Shown here piece by piece: positions 38,817 to 47,907 of a stretch of 64,000 bases of DNA (positions are counted from its first letter, which is position 1; every line of letters begins with the position of its first letter). The stretch comes from a bacterium (GTDB lineage: Bacteria; Fidelibacterota; Marinisomatia; Marinisomatales; JAHJCW01). The stretch lies in the NCBI GenBank assembly GCA_028282845.1, contig JANQGY010000013.1:197350-261349 (forward strand). Direction: 5' to 3'. The position numbers were made by a program, and so were the translations under genes. The notes under the pieces are model-generated. The model did not search any database, was not told where the DNA came from, and was given only the letters and a program-made list of their open reading frames with translations.

Positions 38817-40295
38817 CTACCCAACTGACCCTTCCAAACTGATCTCCATTAGTTTGTGGGCTTCCACAGCAAACTCCATTGGCAGCTCGGCGAATACTTC
38901 CTTGCAGAATCCGTTCACGATCATTGAAACCGCATCCTCGGTAGATATTCCGCGTTGGTTACAATAGAATAATTGATCGTCGCCGATATTCGAGGTGGTG
39001 GCTTCATGTTCCATCTGAGCTGTTGGATTACGCACATCAATATATGGAAAGGTATGCGCACCGCACTGATCACCGATCAGGATGGAATCGCATTGTGAAA
39101 AATTGCGCACATTCTCAGCATTTTTCATAACTTTAACACCACCGCGATAAGTGTTTTGTGATTTGCCTGCCGAAATCCCTTTCGATATAATGGTGCTCTT
39201 GGTATTATTGCCGATATGGATCATTTTCGTACCGGTGTCGGCTTGCTGATAATTATTGGTCATGGCTACGGAATAGAATTCTCCGACCGAATTATTACCT
39301 TTTAATATTACACTTGGATATTTCCAGGTAATTGCCGAACCGGTTTCAACCTGTGTCCATGATATCTTTGAATTATTCCCTTCACATAAACCACGTTTGG
39401 TAACGAAGTTATAAATGCCGCCCTTACCGTCTTTATCCCCGGGATACCAATTTTGTACGGTTGAATATTTTACGGTTGCATCCTTGTGGGCAATTATCTC
39501 AACGACTGCGGCGTGCAATTGATTTTCATCGCGCATCGGAGCGGTACAACCCTCCAAATAGCTGACATAACCACCTTCGTCGGCAACAATTAATGTTCTC
39601 TCAAATTGTCCGGTTTGCGCAGCATTTATTCTAAAATAGGTCGAAAGCTCCATCGGACAGCGGACACCTTTGGGAACATAGACAAATGAACCATCGCTGA
39701 ATACAGCGGAATTTAAGGCCGCATAAAAATTATCGGTGGGCGGCACCGACATCCCCAAATATTTTTTGACCAATTCAGGATGTTTTTGTACAGCTTCCGA
39801 AAACGGCAAAAAGATCACGCCGTGTTTGGCAAGCTCCTCCTTGAAAGTGGTTGCTACGGAAACGCTATCAAACACGGCATCAACTGCCACATTTGATAGC
39901 ATTTTTTGCTCTTCTAATGGAATACCTAATTTGTTGTAGGTCTCTAATAATTCCGGATCAACCTCATCCAAACTTTTTAATTTTTTCTTTTCTTTGGGGG
40001 CGGCATAATAACTGATCGCTTGAAAATCAACCGGTGGATATTTGATATTTGCCCAAGTTGGTTCGGTCATTTTTAGCCAATTACGATAGGCTTTTAGGCG
40101 CCATTCCAACAGCCAGTCCGGCTCATTTTTCTTGGTTGATATTAATCTGATCACATCTTCATTCAGTCCGGGCGGTAGTTTTTCCTGCTCGATGTCGGTT
40201 GTAAAACCGTACTTATAGTCCTGACTGATGGCGTCATCAAGAATTTTATCTTCACGTTCCTTGAACGATGCTGTTTTCGGTGGAATTTTTGACAT
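38817..40295 (-). CDS. sufB: Fe-S cluster assembly scaffold SufB
   Basis: Highly conserved blocks ([42 protein letters not shown]). Confidence 0.95.
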   Translation of the reverse strand: MSKIPPKTASFKEREDKILDDAISQDYKYGFTTDIEQEKLPPGLNEDVIRLISTKKNEPDWLLEWRLKAYRNWLKMTEPTWANIKYPPVDFQAISYYAAPKEKKKLKSLDEVDPELLETYNKLGIPLEEQKMLSNVAVDAVFDSVSVATTFKEELAKHGVIFLPFSEAVQKHPELVKKYLGMSVPPTDNFYAALNSAVFSDGSFVYVPKGVRCPMELSTYFRINAAQTGQFERTLIVADEGGYVSYLEGCTAPMRDENQLHAAVVEIIAHKDATVKYSTVQNWYPGDKDGKGGIYNFVTKRGLCEGNNSKISWTQVETGSAITWKYPSVILKGNNSVGEFYSVAMTNNYQQADTGTKMIHIGNNTKSTIISKGISAGKSQNTYRGGVKVMKNAENVRNFSQCDSILIGDQCGAHTFPYIDVRNPTAQMEHEATTSNIGDDQLFYCNQRGISTEDAVSMIVNGFCKEVFAELPMEFAVEAHKLMEISLEGSVG

Positions 40296-40296
40296 A

Positions 40297-40611
40297 TTAG
40301 ATGTTTAGTTTTTTTCTCGCTTCAGCACTGATCATATTAGTATTCCATTTTGGGTCAAATGTTATATCAATAGCAATATCATTCATCCCATTCAGCGATG
40401 ACAATTTTGATTGAACATCCTCTTTGATATGCTTAACCATCGGACAGCCGGGCACCGTTAAGGTCATTATTATTGCAACATCCTGTTTATCTGCGACATT
40501 GCTATCTTTAATCTGAATATCATAAATCAAACCCAAATTCCAAATATCAACCGGAATCTCCGGATCCATACATTCTTTTAATTTCTCTATTACTTGTTGC
40601 TCGGTTATCAT
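40297..40611 (-). CDS. DUF59 (MIP18/PaaD-like) Fe-S assembly accessory protein
   Basis: [16 protein letters not shown] and TLTVPGCPM motifs. Confidence 0.85.
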   Translation of the reverse strand: MITEQQVIEKLKECMDPEIPVDIWNLGLIYDIQIKDSNVADKQDVAIIMTLTVPGCPMVKHIKEDVQSKLSSLNGMNDIAIDITFDPKWNTNMISAEARKKLNI

Positions 40612-40616
40612 GTTTT

Positions 40617-41015
40617 CTATTTAGTTACATCTGCCAAGGTCATGTTGGAAAACAGATTAATAATTGTGTTGTTCACTCTTTCAATTGGAGATCGAATATT
40701 GCAGGTGGAAACATGATCACAATCCGGATCACTTAAACATTCAACCAATCCAACAGGACCTTCAATTATTTCAATAAAATCATTCATTTTAATATGTTCT
40801 AAAGCTTGATTGAGTTTGTAACCGCCGCTTGGTCCTTGAATTGGAGTTACAATATTGTTTTTCGCCAATTGTTGTAAAACCTTTGCAACCAAAGATGGTG
40901 ATAACTCAAATTTATCGGCAATTTCCTTTGCGCTTGTTATATCCTCACCGTCTTTTCCCTGCATATATCTCAGGGCAATAAGTCCGTATTCTATCTTTTT
41001 TGTAAGCTTTAGCAT
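40617..41015 (-). CDS. Rrf2-family transcriptional regulator (IscR/SufR-like), first gene of the suf operon
   Basis: N-terminal wHTH (MLKLTKKIEYGLIAL) and three clustered Cys (CLSDPDCDHVSTC) for an Fe-S sensor cluster. Confidence 0.9.
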   Translation of the reverse strand: MLKLTKKIEYGLIALRYMQGKDGEDITSAKEIADKFELSPSLVAKVLQQLAKNNIVTPIQGPSGGYKLNQALEHIKMNDFIEIIEGPVGLVECLSDPDCDHVSTCNIRSPIERVNNTIINLFSNMTLADVTK

Positions 41016-41023
41016 GTTAATAC

Positions 41024-41036
41024 GACTAAATTAGTC
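41024..41036. promoter_or_regulatory. GACTAAATTAGTC palindrome matching the core of the IscR type-1 box (GACTRwwwYAGTC)
   Basis: Perfect 13-bp palindrome 9 nt upstream of the Rrf2 start codon. Confidence 0.5.
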
Positions 41037-41130
41037 CTATTAAATTACGAAGTAATATTTTAATTAAAAATATTATTTTGTTTTTACCCCCTCTTCAATC
41101 TACGCTAAAGCTACGATTGATAAATTAATT

Positions 41131-41461
41131 CTCCCCCTAAAATAGGGGGAGACGTTGAGTGAAACGAAACGGAGGGGGTATTAACAAAGTATGTCATTCT
41201 GAAAACCCGATTCATTGGGGGTGAATTCCCACTATCATTGCGATCCCGACTTGTCGGGGGACGAAGAATCTATAGTCTTTCACCCGTCTATCCTTCGGAC
41301 ATCTCCCCTCCAAAGGCTGACAAGCCCTCGAGGGTAGACAAAGGAGGGGTGAATAGTATTGTCATTTCCAACTTGATTGGGAATCTATACTTAAATTGGA
41401 TTCCCGCTTTCGCGGGAATGACAAATAATAAGTGTAGAGACGTAGCATGCTACGTCTCTAC
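41131..41461. repeat. Cluster of GC-rich palindromic hairpin elements (REP/BIME-like)
   Basis: ctcccccta-aaa-tagggggag (41131..41151), cccgac-tt-gtcggg, ccctcgaggg, attcccgc-tttc-gcgggaat (41400..41419), and the perfect 28-bp palindrome gtagagacgtagcatgctacgtctctac (41434..41461). Confidence 0.7.
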
Positions 41462-41476
41462 TACTAAGTATAAAAA

Positions 41477-41523
41477 TTATAATCCCGTCTCAGCAACTAC
41501 TTCCTTTACATGTTCAGCAGGTG
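41477..41523 (-). pseudogene. Orphan diverged copy of the last ~15 codons plus stop of mdh
   Basis: It encodes PAEHVKEVVAETGL* versus TADHVKEVVAETGL* at the real mdh end. 37/44 nt are identical by hand alignment, and 6 of the 7 differences are synonymous third-position changes. Confidence 0.6.
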
Positions 41524-41556
41524 AAAAAACCCTCAAGGTTTTATAAACCTTGAGGG
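41524..41556 (-). terminator. Rho-independent terminator of mdh
   Basis: On the minus strand, an 11-bp stem ccctcaaggtt/aaccttgaggg with a 5-nt loop is followed by tttttt. It lies 38 nt after the mdh stop. Confidence 0.85.
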
Positions 41557-41593
41557 CTTGATAAAGGGTTTGGTAAAACGTAATAGGCAAATA

Positions 41594-42529
41594 TTACAAT
41601 CCCGTTTCAGCTACTACTTCTTTTACGTGATCTGCAGTATTTGCGAGCGCGGCTTTCTCGTCCTCAGTTAGATCAATTTCTAATACTTTTTCAATTCCAT
41701 CAGCACCAATAACACAAGGTACACCAATGAAATAACCATCAATTCCGTATTCACCTTCACAAAGTGCTGCTGAAGGTATTACGCGTTTTTTATCTTTCAA
41801 GTAGGCTTCCACCATTTCCATGATTGATGCAGCAGGGCTGAAGAAGGCACTGCCATTGCCAAGTAGTTTTACGATCTCGGTTCCGGCTTCGCGGGTGCGT
41901 TTTTCAATTGCTTCAATCTTCTCTGTGGAAAGCAATTTATCAATTGGTACTCCACCGACTGTTGCTAATCTTGAAAGCGGAACCATTGTCGGTCCGTGCC
42001 CACCAAGCACAACACAGGAAACATCCTGCGCGGAAAGTCCGGTTTCCATTGCAATGAAAGCGCGGAATCTACCGGAATCCAAAGCCCCGGCCATTCCAAC
42101 TACGCGGTTTTTGGGGAATCCGCTAACCTTGTAGAATGAGTATACAATTGCATCCAACGGATTGGATACAACGATAACAAAGGCATTCGGCGCGTATTTT
42201 TTTACATTGTTGGCAACATTGGTAATGATCTTTAAATTAATTTCGAGCAGATCATCACGGGTCATGCCGGGTTTGCGCGGTACACCGGCGGTGATCACCA
42301 CAACATCTGATCCTTCAATATCTTTGTAGTCACTTGTACCGGTGATGTTGGCATCGTAACCATCGTGCGGTCTCAATTCCATAATGTCCAAAGCCTTACC
42401 TTTTACCATTCCCTCGACTTCGGGAATATCAAGAACAACAATGTCGCCAAGTTCTTTTTGCGTGCCGATCAGTGCCAATATGCCACCAATTTGTCCACCG
42501 CCAATTAAGGCGATCTTTTTTCTAGCCAT
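41594..42529 (-). CDS. mdh: Malate dehydrogenase (LDH-like type)
   Basis: KIALIGGGQIGG Rossmann motif, ITAGVPRKPGMTRDDL and GGHGPTMVP. Confidence 0.95.
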   Translation of the reverse strand: MARKKIALIGGGQIGGILALIGTQKELGDIVVLDIPEVEGMVKGKALDIMELRPHDGYDANITGTSDYKDIEGSDVVVITAGVPRKPGMTRDDLLEINLKIITNVANNVKKYAPNAFVIVVSNPLDAIVYSFYKVSGFPKNRVVGMAGALDSGRFRAFIAMETGLSAQDVSCVVLGGHGPTMVPLSRLATVGGVPIDKLLSTEKIEAIEKRTREAGTEIVKLLGNGSAFFSPAASIMEMVEAYLKDKKRVIPSAALCEGEYGIDGYFIGVPCVIGADGIEKVLEIDLTEDEKAALANTADHVKEVVAETGL

Positions 42530-42551
42530 AAATAATTCTCCTTTTTAGTTA

Positions 42552-42613
42552 GCCACAGAGGTCGCAGAGATTTTCAACAATAATATTTTAAATATTTCTC
42601 TGTTCTCTGTAGC
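42552..42613. repeat. Imperfect inverted repeat (CACAGAG word family) between citrate synthase and mdh
   Basis: gccacagaggtcgcagaga ... ttctctgttctctgtagc. There is no T-run, so it is not a clear intrinsic terminator. Confidence 0.5.
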
Positions 42614-42621
42614 AATTAAAA

Positions 42622-43893
42622 TTATACGTTCTCTTTGATCCACTCAGCCGTGATTGATTTTGGTCGTGTGATCGGTATACCTAACGCACGGTTAATTACC
42701 ATTTGTGATACCATGCCCATTGCTCTTGAAATACTGAATAGTACAGTGTAAAAACTAAATTCGGTCATTCCGAAATGATAGAGCAAAGAACCCGATGCTG
42801 CATCAACATTGGGCCAGGGATTCTTGGCTTTCCCTTGTTCCTTCAGTACATTTGGAACAACATCAAACAGATCACTTACAATATCAAACACCGGATCACC
42901 TTTAATATGTTTTTTACCAAAATCAATGAAAGCGGTAAAACGTGGATCGGGGCAGCGTAGTACGGCATGTCCATAACCGGGAACTACTCTACCACTATTT
43001 AAACGATCCCATACAAATTGACGTAAATCATCCTGGGATGGTGAGCCTCCAAAGTGGTCTTTGATCTCAAGTACAAATTTTAAACATTCCTGATTTGCGA
43101 GTCCGTGTAGTGGTCCGGCAAGTCCGTTTAATCCGGCCGAAACCGCATAATATGGATCGGATAATGCAGATGCCACAGTTAATGCACTAAATGCGCTGAC
43201 GTTGCCACCTTCGTGATCGCAGTGCAGCATTAAATATAGCCGCATCAACTTTTTCAAGATTCCATCGGGATCGTCAATTCCAAGCATGTGGGCAAAATTT
43301 GCCCCCCAATCTAATTCCTTATCAGGGGCGATAAGATCGCCTTTGTCAAATCGCATGCGATATACTCCGGCACCAACGGCAGGAAGTTTTGCGATCAATC
43401 TAATCGCATCTTCCAAAATTGCTTTCCAATAATCCTGTTTTTGCATTCCTTCATCATAGCGTTGTCTGAATACAGATTCCTTTTCCATCACAAGGATTGC
43501 AGTGTTGAACATTGCCATCGGATGTGAATCCTTAGGCATTGCTTTTAATACATCCCAAACATATTCAGGCACTTCGGAATGTTCAGAAAACTGTGCTTGC
43601 AGATCTTGCAACGCAGCTTCATCGGGTAATTCCCCGGTCAGCAGTAAATAGAAGACCTCCTCCGGTAAAATTTCGGTGATCTCCAATAGCGGTCTGCCTC
43701 GAATAATCAGACCTGAGTCGGCTGATACCGCTGAGGTATCGCAAACAAGTCCTTTTACTCCACGCATTCCGCCGTAAGCCTGCGCAACCGTTACATTGCT
43801 AACAACTTTATCTCCTTTTTCTTCGAGCAGTTGTTGAGCTTCATAACGCCAATCGGGGATTTTTTTACTTAATGCTTCTAGTAAATTCGGCAT
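42622..43893 (-). CDS. gltA: Citrate synthase
   Basis: GGMRG, HCDHEGGNVSA, GPLHGLANQ and PGYGHAVLR catalytic blocks. Confidence 0.93.
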   Translation of the reverse strand: MPNLLEALSKKIPDWRYEAQQLLEEKGDKVVSNVTVAQAYGGMRGVKGLVCDTSAVSADSGLIIRGRPLLEITEILPEEVFYLLLTGELPDEAALQDLQAQFSEHSEVPEYVWDVLKAMPKDSHPMAMFNTAILVMEKESVFRQRYDEGMQKQDYWKAILEDAIRLIAKLPAVGAGVYRMRFDKGDLIAPDKELDWGANFAHMLGIDDPDGILKKLMRLYLMLHCDHEGGNVSAFSALTVASALSDPYYAVSAGLNGLAGPLHGLANQECLKFVLEIKDHFGGSPSQDDLRQFVWDRLNSGRVVPGYGHAVLRCPDPRFTAFIDFGKKHIKGDPVFDIVSDLFDVVPNVLKEQGKAKNPWPNVDAASGSLLYHFGMTEFSFYTVLFSISRAMGMVSQMVINRALGIPITRPKSITAEWIKENV

Positions 43894-44071
43894 TATTAAC
43901 TCCTTATATTATTATTTTTTGCTAATGAATAGTGAGAGAAGAAACAGCATAGTGCGTAAAACGCCACTTCTCGTATTAGTAATTCATAGAGCGCGGTTTA
44001 TATAAATCAATAATTAGATAATTTATGTATCTAATTGTTACGAAAAATATAGAACTACTTTTTAATAAATA

Positions 44072-44215
44072 CTATTTCTTAATCGGCTTTTTTACTTTGC
44101 GAACGCTGTTGCTAGCACATTTAGGACAAGCCCGTTCCATCGGCACTTTTCTATCGTAAGGTCCGGTAAATTCGTGTCCGCAACGTAAGCATTTAAAATC
44201 TACTATCTCAGCCAT
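44072..44215 (-). CDS. 47-aa zinc-ribbon protein (below the ORF-track size cutoff), last gene of the kor-hdr operon
   Basis: My translation: MAEIVDFKCLRCGHEFTGPYDRKVPMERACPKCASNSVRKVKKPIKK. CxxC-x17-CxxC. It starts 14 nt after the hdrA stop with a purine-rich gagag upstream. Confidence 0.6.
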   Translation of the reverse strand: MAEIVDFKCLRCGHEFTGPYDRKVPMERACPKCASNSVRKVKKPIKK

Positions 44216-44229
44216 AATTTCTCTCGCTT

Positions 44230-46728
44230 CTATGCGCTTGGACTTATTCCGATATCGGGTTTATCGGTTTTGGGGATTACAGTTTTGGATTTCTTTTTAG
44301 CTTTTTTCGCCTCCGCTTTTTCGCGATCCTCTTTCAGCACTTTCATTGTCTGTTCAACCTCTTCTTTGGTAACCTCCTTGCGCATTTCCTCTAATTCCTT
44401 CATCGTCCGAGCCCATTTTTGTCCCTCGGCCGCGCTAATCCATTCAAGCTGTAAACGTTCGGGGCGTATTCCAAGCCGTTCGAGTTTGTCCCATAATTTT
44501 TCAACGCGTTTTTGCGTCCAACGATTAGCATCAATGTAATGGCAGTCAGCAAAATGGCAACCCGATACAAGCACAATTGGCGCCCCTTTTTCAAAAGCGT
44601 GCAATACAAACTCAGAGTCAACACGCCCGCTGCACATTGTCCGTATTATTCGTTGAGTTGTAGGATATTGCAAGCGCGATAATCCTGCCAAGTCTGCTCC
44701 GGCATATGAACACCAATTACAGGCGAATACCGTTATTGTATCCATGGGATTTTTTTCAAGCGAAGCATCAATTTGAGATATATATTGTGAGTCCTCAAAA
44801 TGCTTCATAGCAAGTGCATCAAAATTACATTCTGCTGCACAAGTACCGCAGCCTTTGCACATTGCTTCAATCACTTCTGCTTTAAGTCCGGCTTTGGCGT
44901 CGGCTCCGCGAATTGCATTAAACGGACATACATTCACGCATATTCCGCAAGATGTGCAAAGATCAGTGTAGCACTCCGAAGTAATTGCCTCAATATTTAT
45001 CATATCGGAATTAAGCAATACTTCCGAACGTGCCGCTGCTGCACTTGCCTGAGTTACACTGTCTTTCACATCTTTGGGGAACTCGGCACACCCGGCAAAG
45101 AAAACTCCGCCCGTTGGTGCATCAACCGGTTTCAATTTTGGATGCGATTCCATGAAAAAGCCATCTTCAGTTTTAGATAATGTCAGCAGTTTTTGAACTG
45201 CGCTACTATCACGTCGTGGAATTACTCCAACTGAAAGTACCACTAAATCAAAGTCATAATCTTTAACGGTATTCGCCACCGTGTCCTCAACAATCAGTTT
45301 TAGATCATTAGTTTTCGGATCCTCGAAAATTTCACCCGGTAAACCACGGATGTACTGAACACCCGCTTTTTTACTGCGAATGTACAGATCTTCGAATCCT
45401 TTGCCGAAAGCCCGGATATCCATATAGAAAACTGATATTTCAGTATCGGGATAATGATCTTTTAATAATAGACTATCCTTAACCGTGTTCATACAACAGA
45501 TATTGCTGCAATATGGGTTTCCAACTTCGGAATGCGAACGCGATCCAACACATTGAATAAAGGCAATTCGCTTTGGTACTTTATGATCGGTCGGTCGAAT
45601 AAAATGTCCTTCTGTTGGTCCACCCGCCGAAATCAGTCTCTCAAATTCCATGCTCGTAATAACGTTTTCGTATTGAGTATAACCGTATTCATCCATTTCT
45701 GTCGGATCGTATACATCCATTCCGGTGGCAACAATCACCGCACCAACGTCCAATTCGATTATCTCATCTTTCATATCGAAATCGATACATTCCTTTTCGC
45801 AAACATCGGCACATTTACCGCAGGCAATCGGATTATTTCCAAGACAGTCACCATCATTTAAGATATACACGGATGGGACGGCTTGCGGGAAAGGCATATA
45901 TATCGCTTTGCGGGATGAGAAACCTTGCTGAAATTCATCGGCTACAGCAACCGGACAAACCTTTTCACACTCGCCGCAGGCATTGCATAGGTCTTCATCA
46001 ACATAACGAGCCTTGCGGCGCACCTTTACTTTAAAGTTGCCAATATAACCGCTAACGTCCTCGACTTCGCTGTAAGTGTATAAATTAATATTGGGATGTC
46101 GACCGACATCCATCATTTTCGGTCCGAGTATTCATATGGAACAATCCATAGTGGGGTAAGTCTTGTCTAATGTAGCCATTAGCCCACCAATGGATGCCTC
46201 CTTCTCAACCAAATTAACTTGATAACCGGCGTCGGCAAGATCTAAAGCCGATTGAATACCGGCTACGCCACCGCCGATAACCAATACTTCCTTTTTCATT
46301 GGTACTTTGGATTCTATTTGTTCTTCAAGCAACCGCGCCCTTGCAACCGACATTCTGACCATGTCTTTAGCTTTGCTCGTGGCTCCATCATAATCATCTA
46401 AATGTGCCCAACTACAATGCTCACGGATATTGGTCATCTCCATTAAATAGGGATTCAAACCGGCTTCCTGAACACAGTTTCTGAAGGTTGGTTCATGCAT
46501 GCGCGGCGAGCAAGATGCCACAACTACTCTATTCAAGTTGTGTTCTTTTATATATTTTTTAATTTCCTGTTGTCCGGGTTCCGCACAAGTGTATTTGTTC
46601 ACCACCGAACAAGTTACATTCGGAAGAGTGGCAGCATAATCGGAAACCGCTTGGCAATCAAGCGATCCGGCAATATTGCGACCACACTCACAAACGAACA
46701 CACCTACGCGTAGATCGTTTTCACTCAT
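44230..46728 (-). CDS. hdrA: Heterodisulfide reductase subunit A-like flavoprotein fused to an MvhD domain; selenocysteine (UGA at 46132..46134) read-through joins two track ORFs
   Basis: Both ORFs are in the same frame. The junction reads [36 protein letters not shown], a contiguous HdrA motif. Also present: FAD motif [16 protein letters not shown], four CxxCxxCxxxCP clusters, and MvhD block [31 protein letters not shown]. Confidence 0.85.
46101..46124 (-). promoter_or_regulatory. Candidate bacterial SECIS hairpin downstream of the hdrA UGA
   Basis: gaccga-N12-tcggtc stem-loop starting 8 nt 3' of the UGA. Confidence 0.4.
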
Positions 46729-46767
46729 TCTATTTTCCTGTCTTATCGACTAGTTTAGTAAAATTTT

Positions 46768-47907
46768 TCATTTCATACGTTCCAATACGACGGTAGAAAT
46801 ATCTTTAATATCCATCTCGTAATTATCCTTTACAAAATCATCTTTCATTGTGCAGGAGAGATGGATATGGCATTTCGGACAAGCAACAGTAAGTACATCA
46901 GCTCCGGTCTGTTTGGCTTGTCTTAATCTTTCTTTTTGGATTCTTTTTGATGTAATATCACAATTCATCCACGCACTAACACCGCAACACAATGAGCGCT
47001 TGTTGTTTTGCATCATTTCATGATAATGTTCGCCATCGTTGTGCTGCAACACTTGGCGCGGTTCATCATATATTCCAAGATGCCTTCCTAATCGGCAGGG
47101 ATCTTGGAAGGTTACATTAATTTCAGGCTCCCTGAGATCTAATTTTTCATTTTCAATTTGCTCGGCAATAAATTGACTCATGTGCATCAATTTCTGATTT
47201 ACTTTGAAACCATTATCAGGATATAAATTGGCAAACGAACTCATACATTCAGCACATGAGAATAATATTGTTTTAGCTCCGGTTGCATTGACTGCATCAA
47301 TATTCTTCTGTGCTAGCATTTTGAAATTCTCCACATCGCCATTCCATAAAAGATCGTGTCCGCAGCAGCGTTCATCTTTCATCACAACCGGTTTAACGCC
47401 AAGCTTATTCAATATTTTAATGCTGCTTTTAGCAGCTTCAGTTGTGGAAATATTTATATCGTCAAAGAATATATCGAAATATGGGGCGCAGCCAACGTAG
47501 TAGAGAATTTCACCTTCCTCAGCGGTATCTAAATCGTTAGTAACCCAATCCATTCTATTCTGATTGATGTTCTCTGTGGTCATCACTTTTTGTAATAATT
47601 CCATAGCGCCCGAATGTGAGCATTTCCCCTTGAAACCGGAATCTTTGGCTGAAGTACGGACAATTTGATTTAGCCGACTATAGTCGATGTTTGCGGGGCA
47701 GACCGCATCGCAGCGGCGGCAGGTGAGACAGCTCCATAAGTCATAATCAACAAATAGTGAATCATATTCATTTCGAATGGTTTTGGTCAGCATGGAGCGC
47801 GGTGAATAGGAATTGCTGAACAATGAGACCGGACAAACCGCTGTACATTTACCACATTCTAAGCAGCCGTAAGCATTGGCAGCTTTGATCTGTTCAACGA
47901 GATTCAT
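46768..47907 (-). CDS. Fused HdrC-like (2x[4Fe-4S]) / HdrB-like (two CCG domains) Fe-S protein
   Basis: CLECGKCTAVCP and CLTCRRCDAVCP, then CCG-domain motifs (CCGH, DPCRLGRH, LCCGVSAW, ACPKCHIH). Confidence 0.8.
   Translation of the reverse strand: MNLVEQIKAANAYGCLECGKCTAVCPVSLFSNSYSPRSMLTKTIRNEYDSLFVDYDLWSCLTCRRCDAVCPANIDYSRLNQIVRTSAKDSGFKGKCSHSGAMELLQKVMTTENINQNRMDWVTNDLDTAEEGEILYYVGCAPYFDIFFDDINISTTEAAKSSIKILNKLGVKPVVMKDERCCGHDLLWNGDVENFKMLAQKNIDAVNATGAKTILFSCAECMSSFANLYPDNGFKVNQKLMHMSQFIAEQIENEKLDLREPEINVTFQDPCRLGRHLGIYDEPRQVLQHNDGEHYHEMMQNNKRSLCCGVSAWMNCDITSKRIQKERLRQAKQTGADVLTVACPKCHIHLSCTMKDDFVKDNYEMDIKDISTVVLERMK

Noticed and set aside
41238-41546. 102-aa plus-strand ORF in the suf-mdh spacer
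   Set aside because: It is a read-through of stacked GC-rich palindromes, the mdh fossil and the mdh terminator. It has no RBS and no recognisable domain, and its peptide is repeat-derived (SRLVGGRR, IPAFAGMT, CRDVACYVST).
44230-46728. Interpreting the two hdrA ORFs (46132..46728 and 44230..46116) as a nonsense-mutated pseudogene or two separate subunits
   Set aside because: The two ORFs share one frame. The single stop is TGA at the position of a conserved Cys/Sec, the motif is continuous across it, a downstream hairpin is present, and a Sec-type selD lies in the same window. Selenocysteine recoding is the better explanation.
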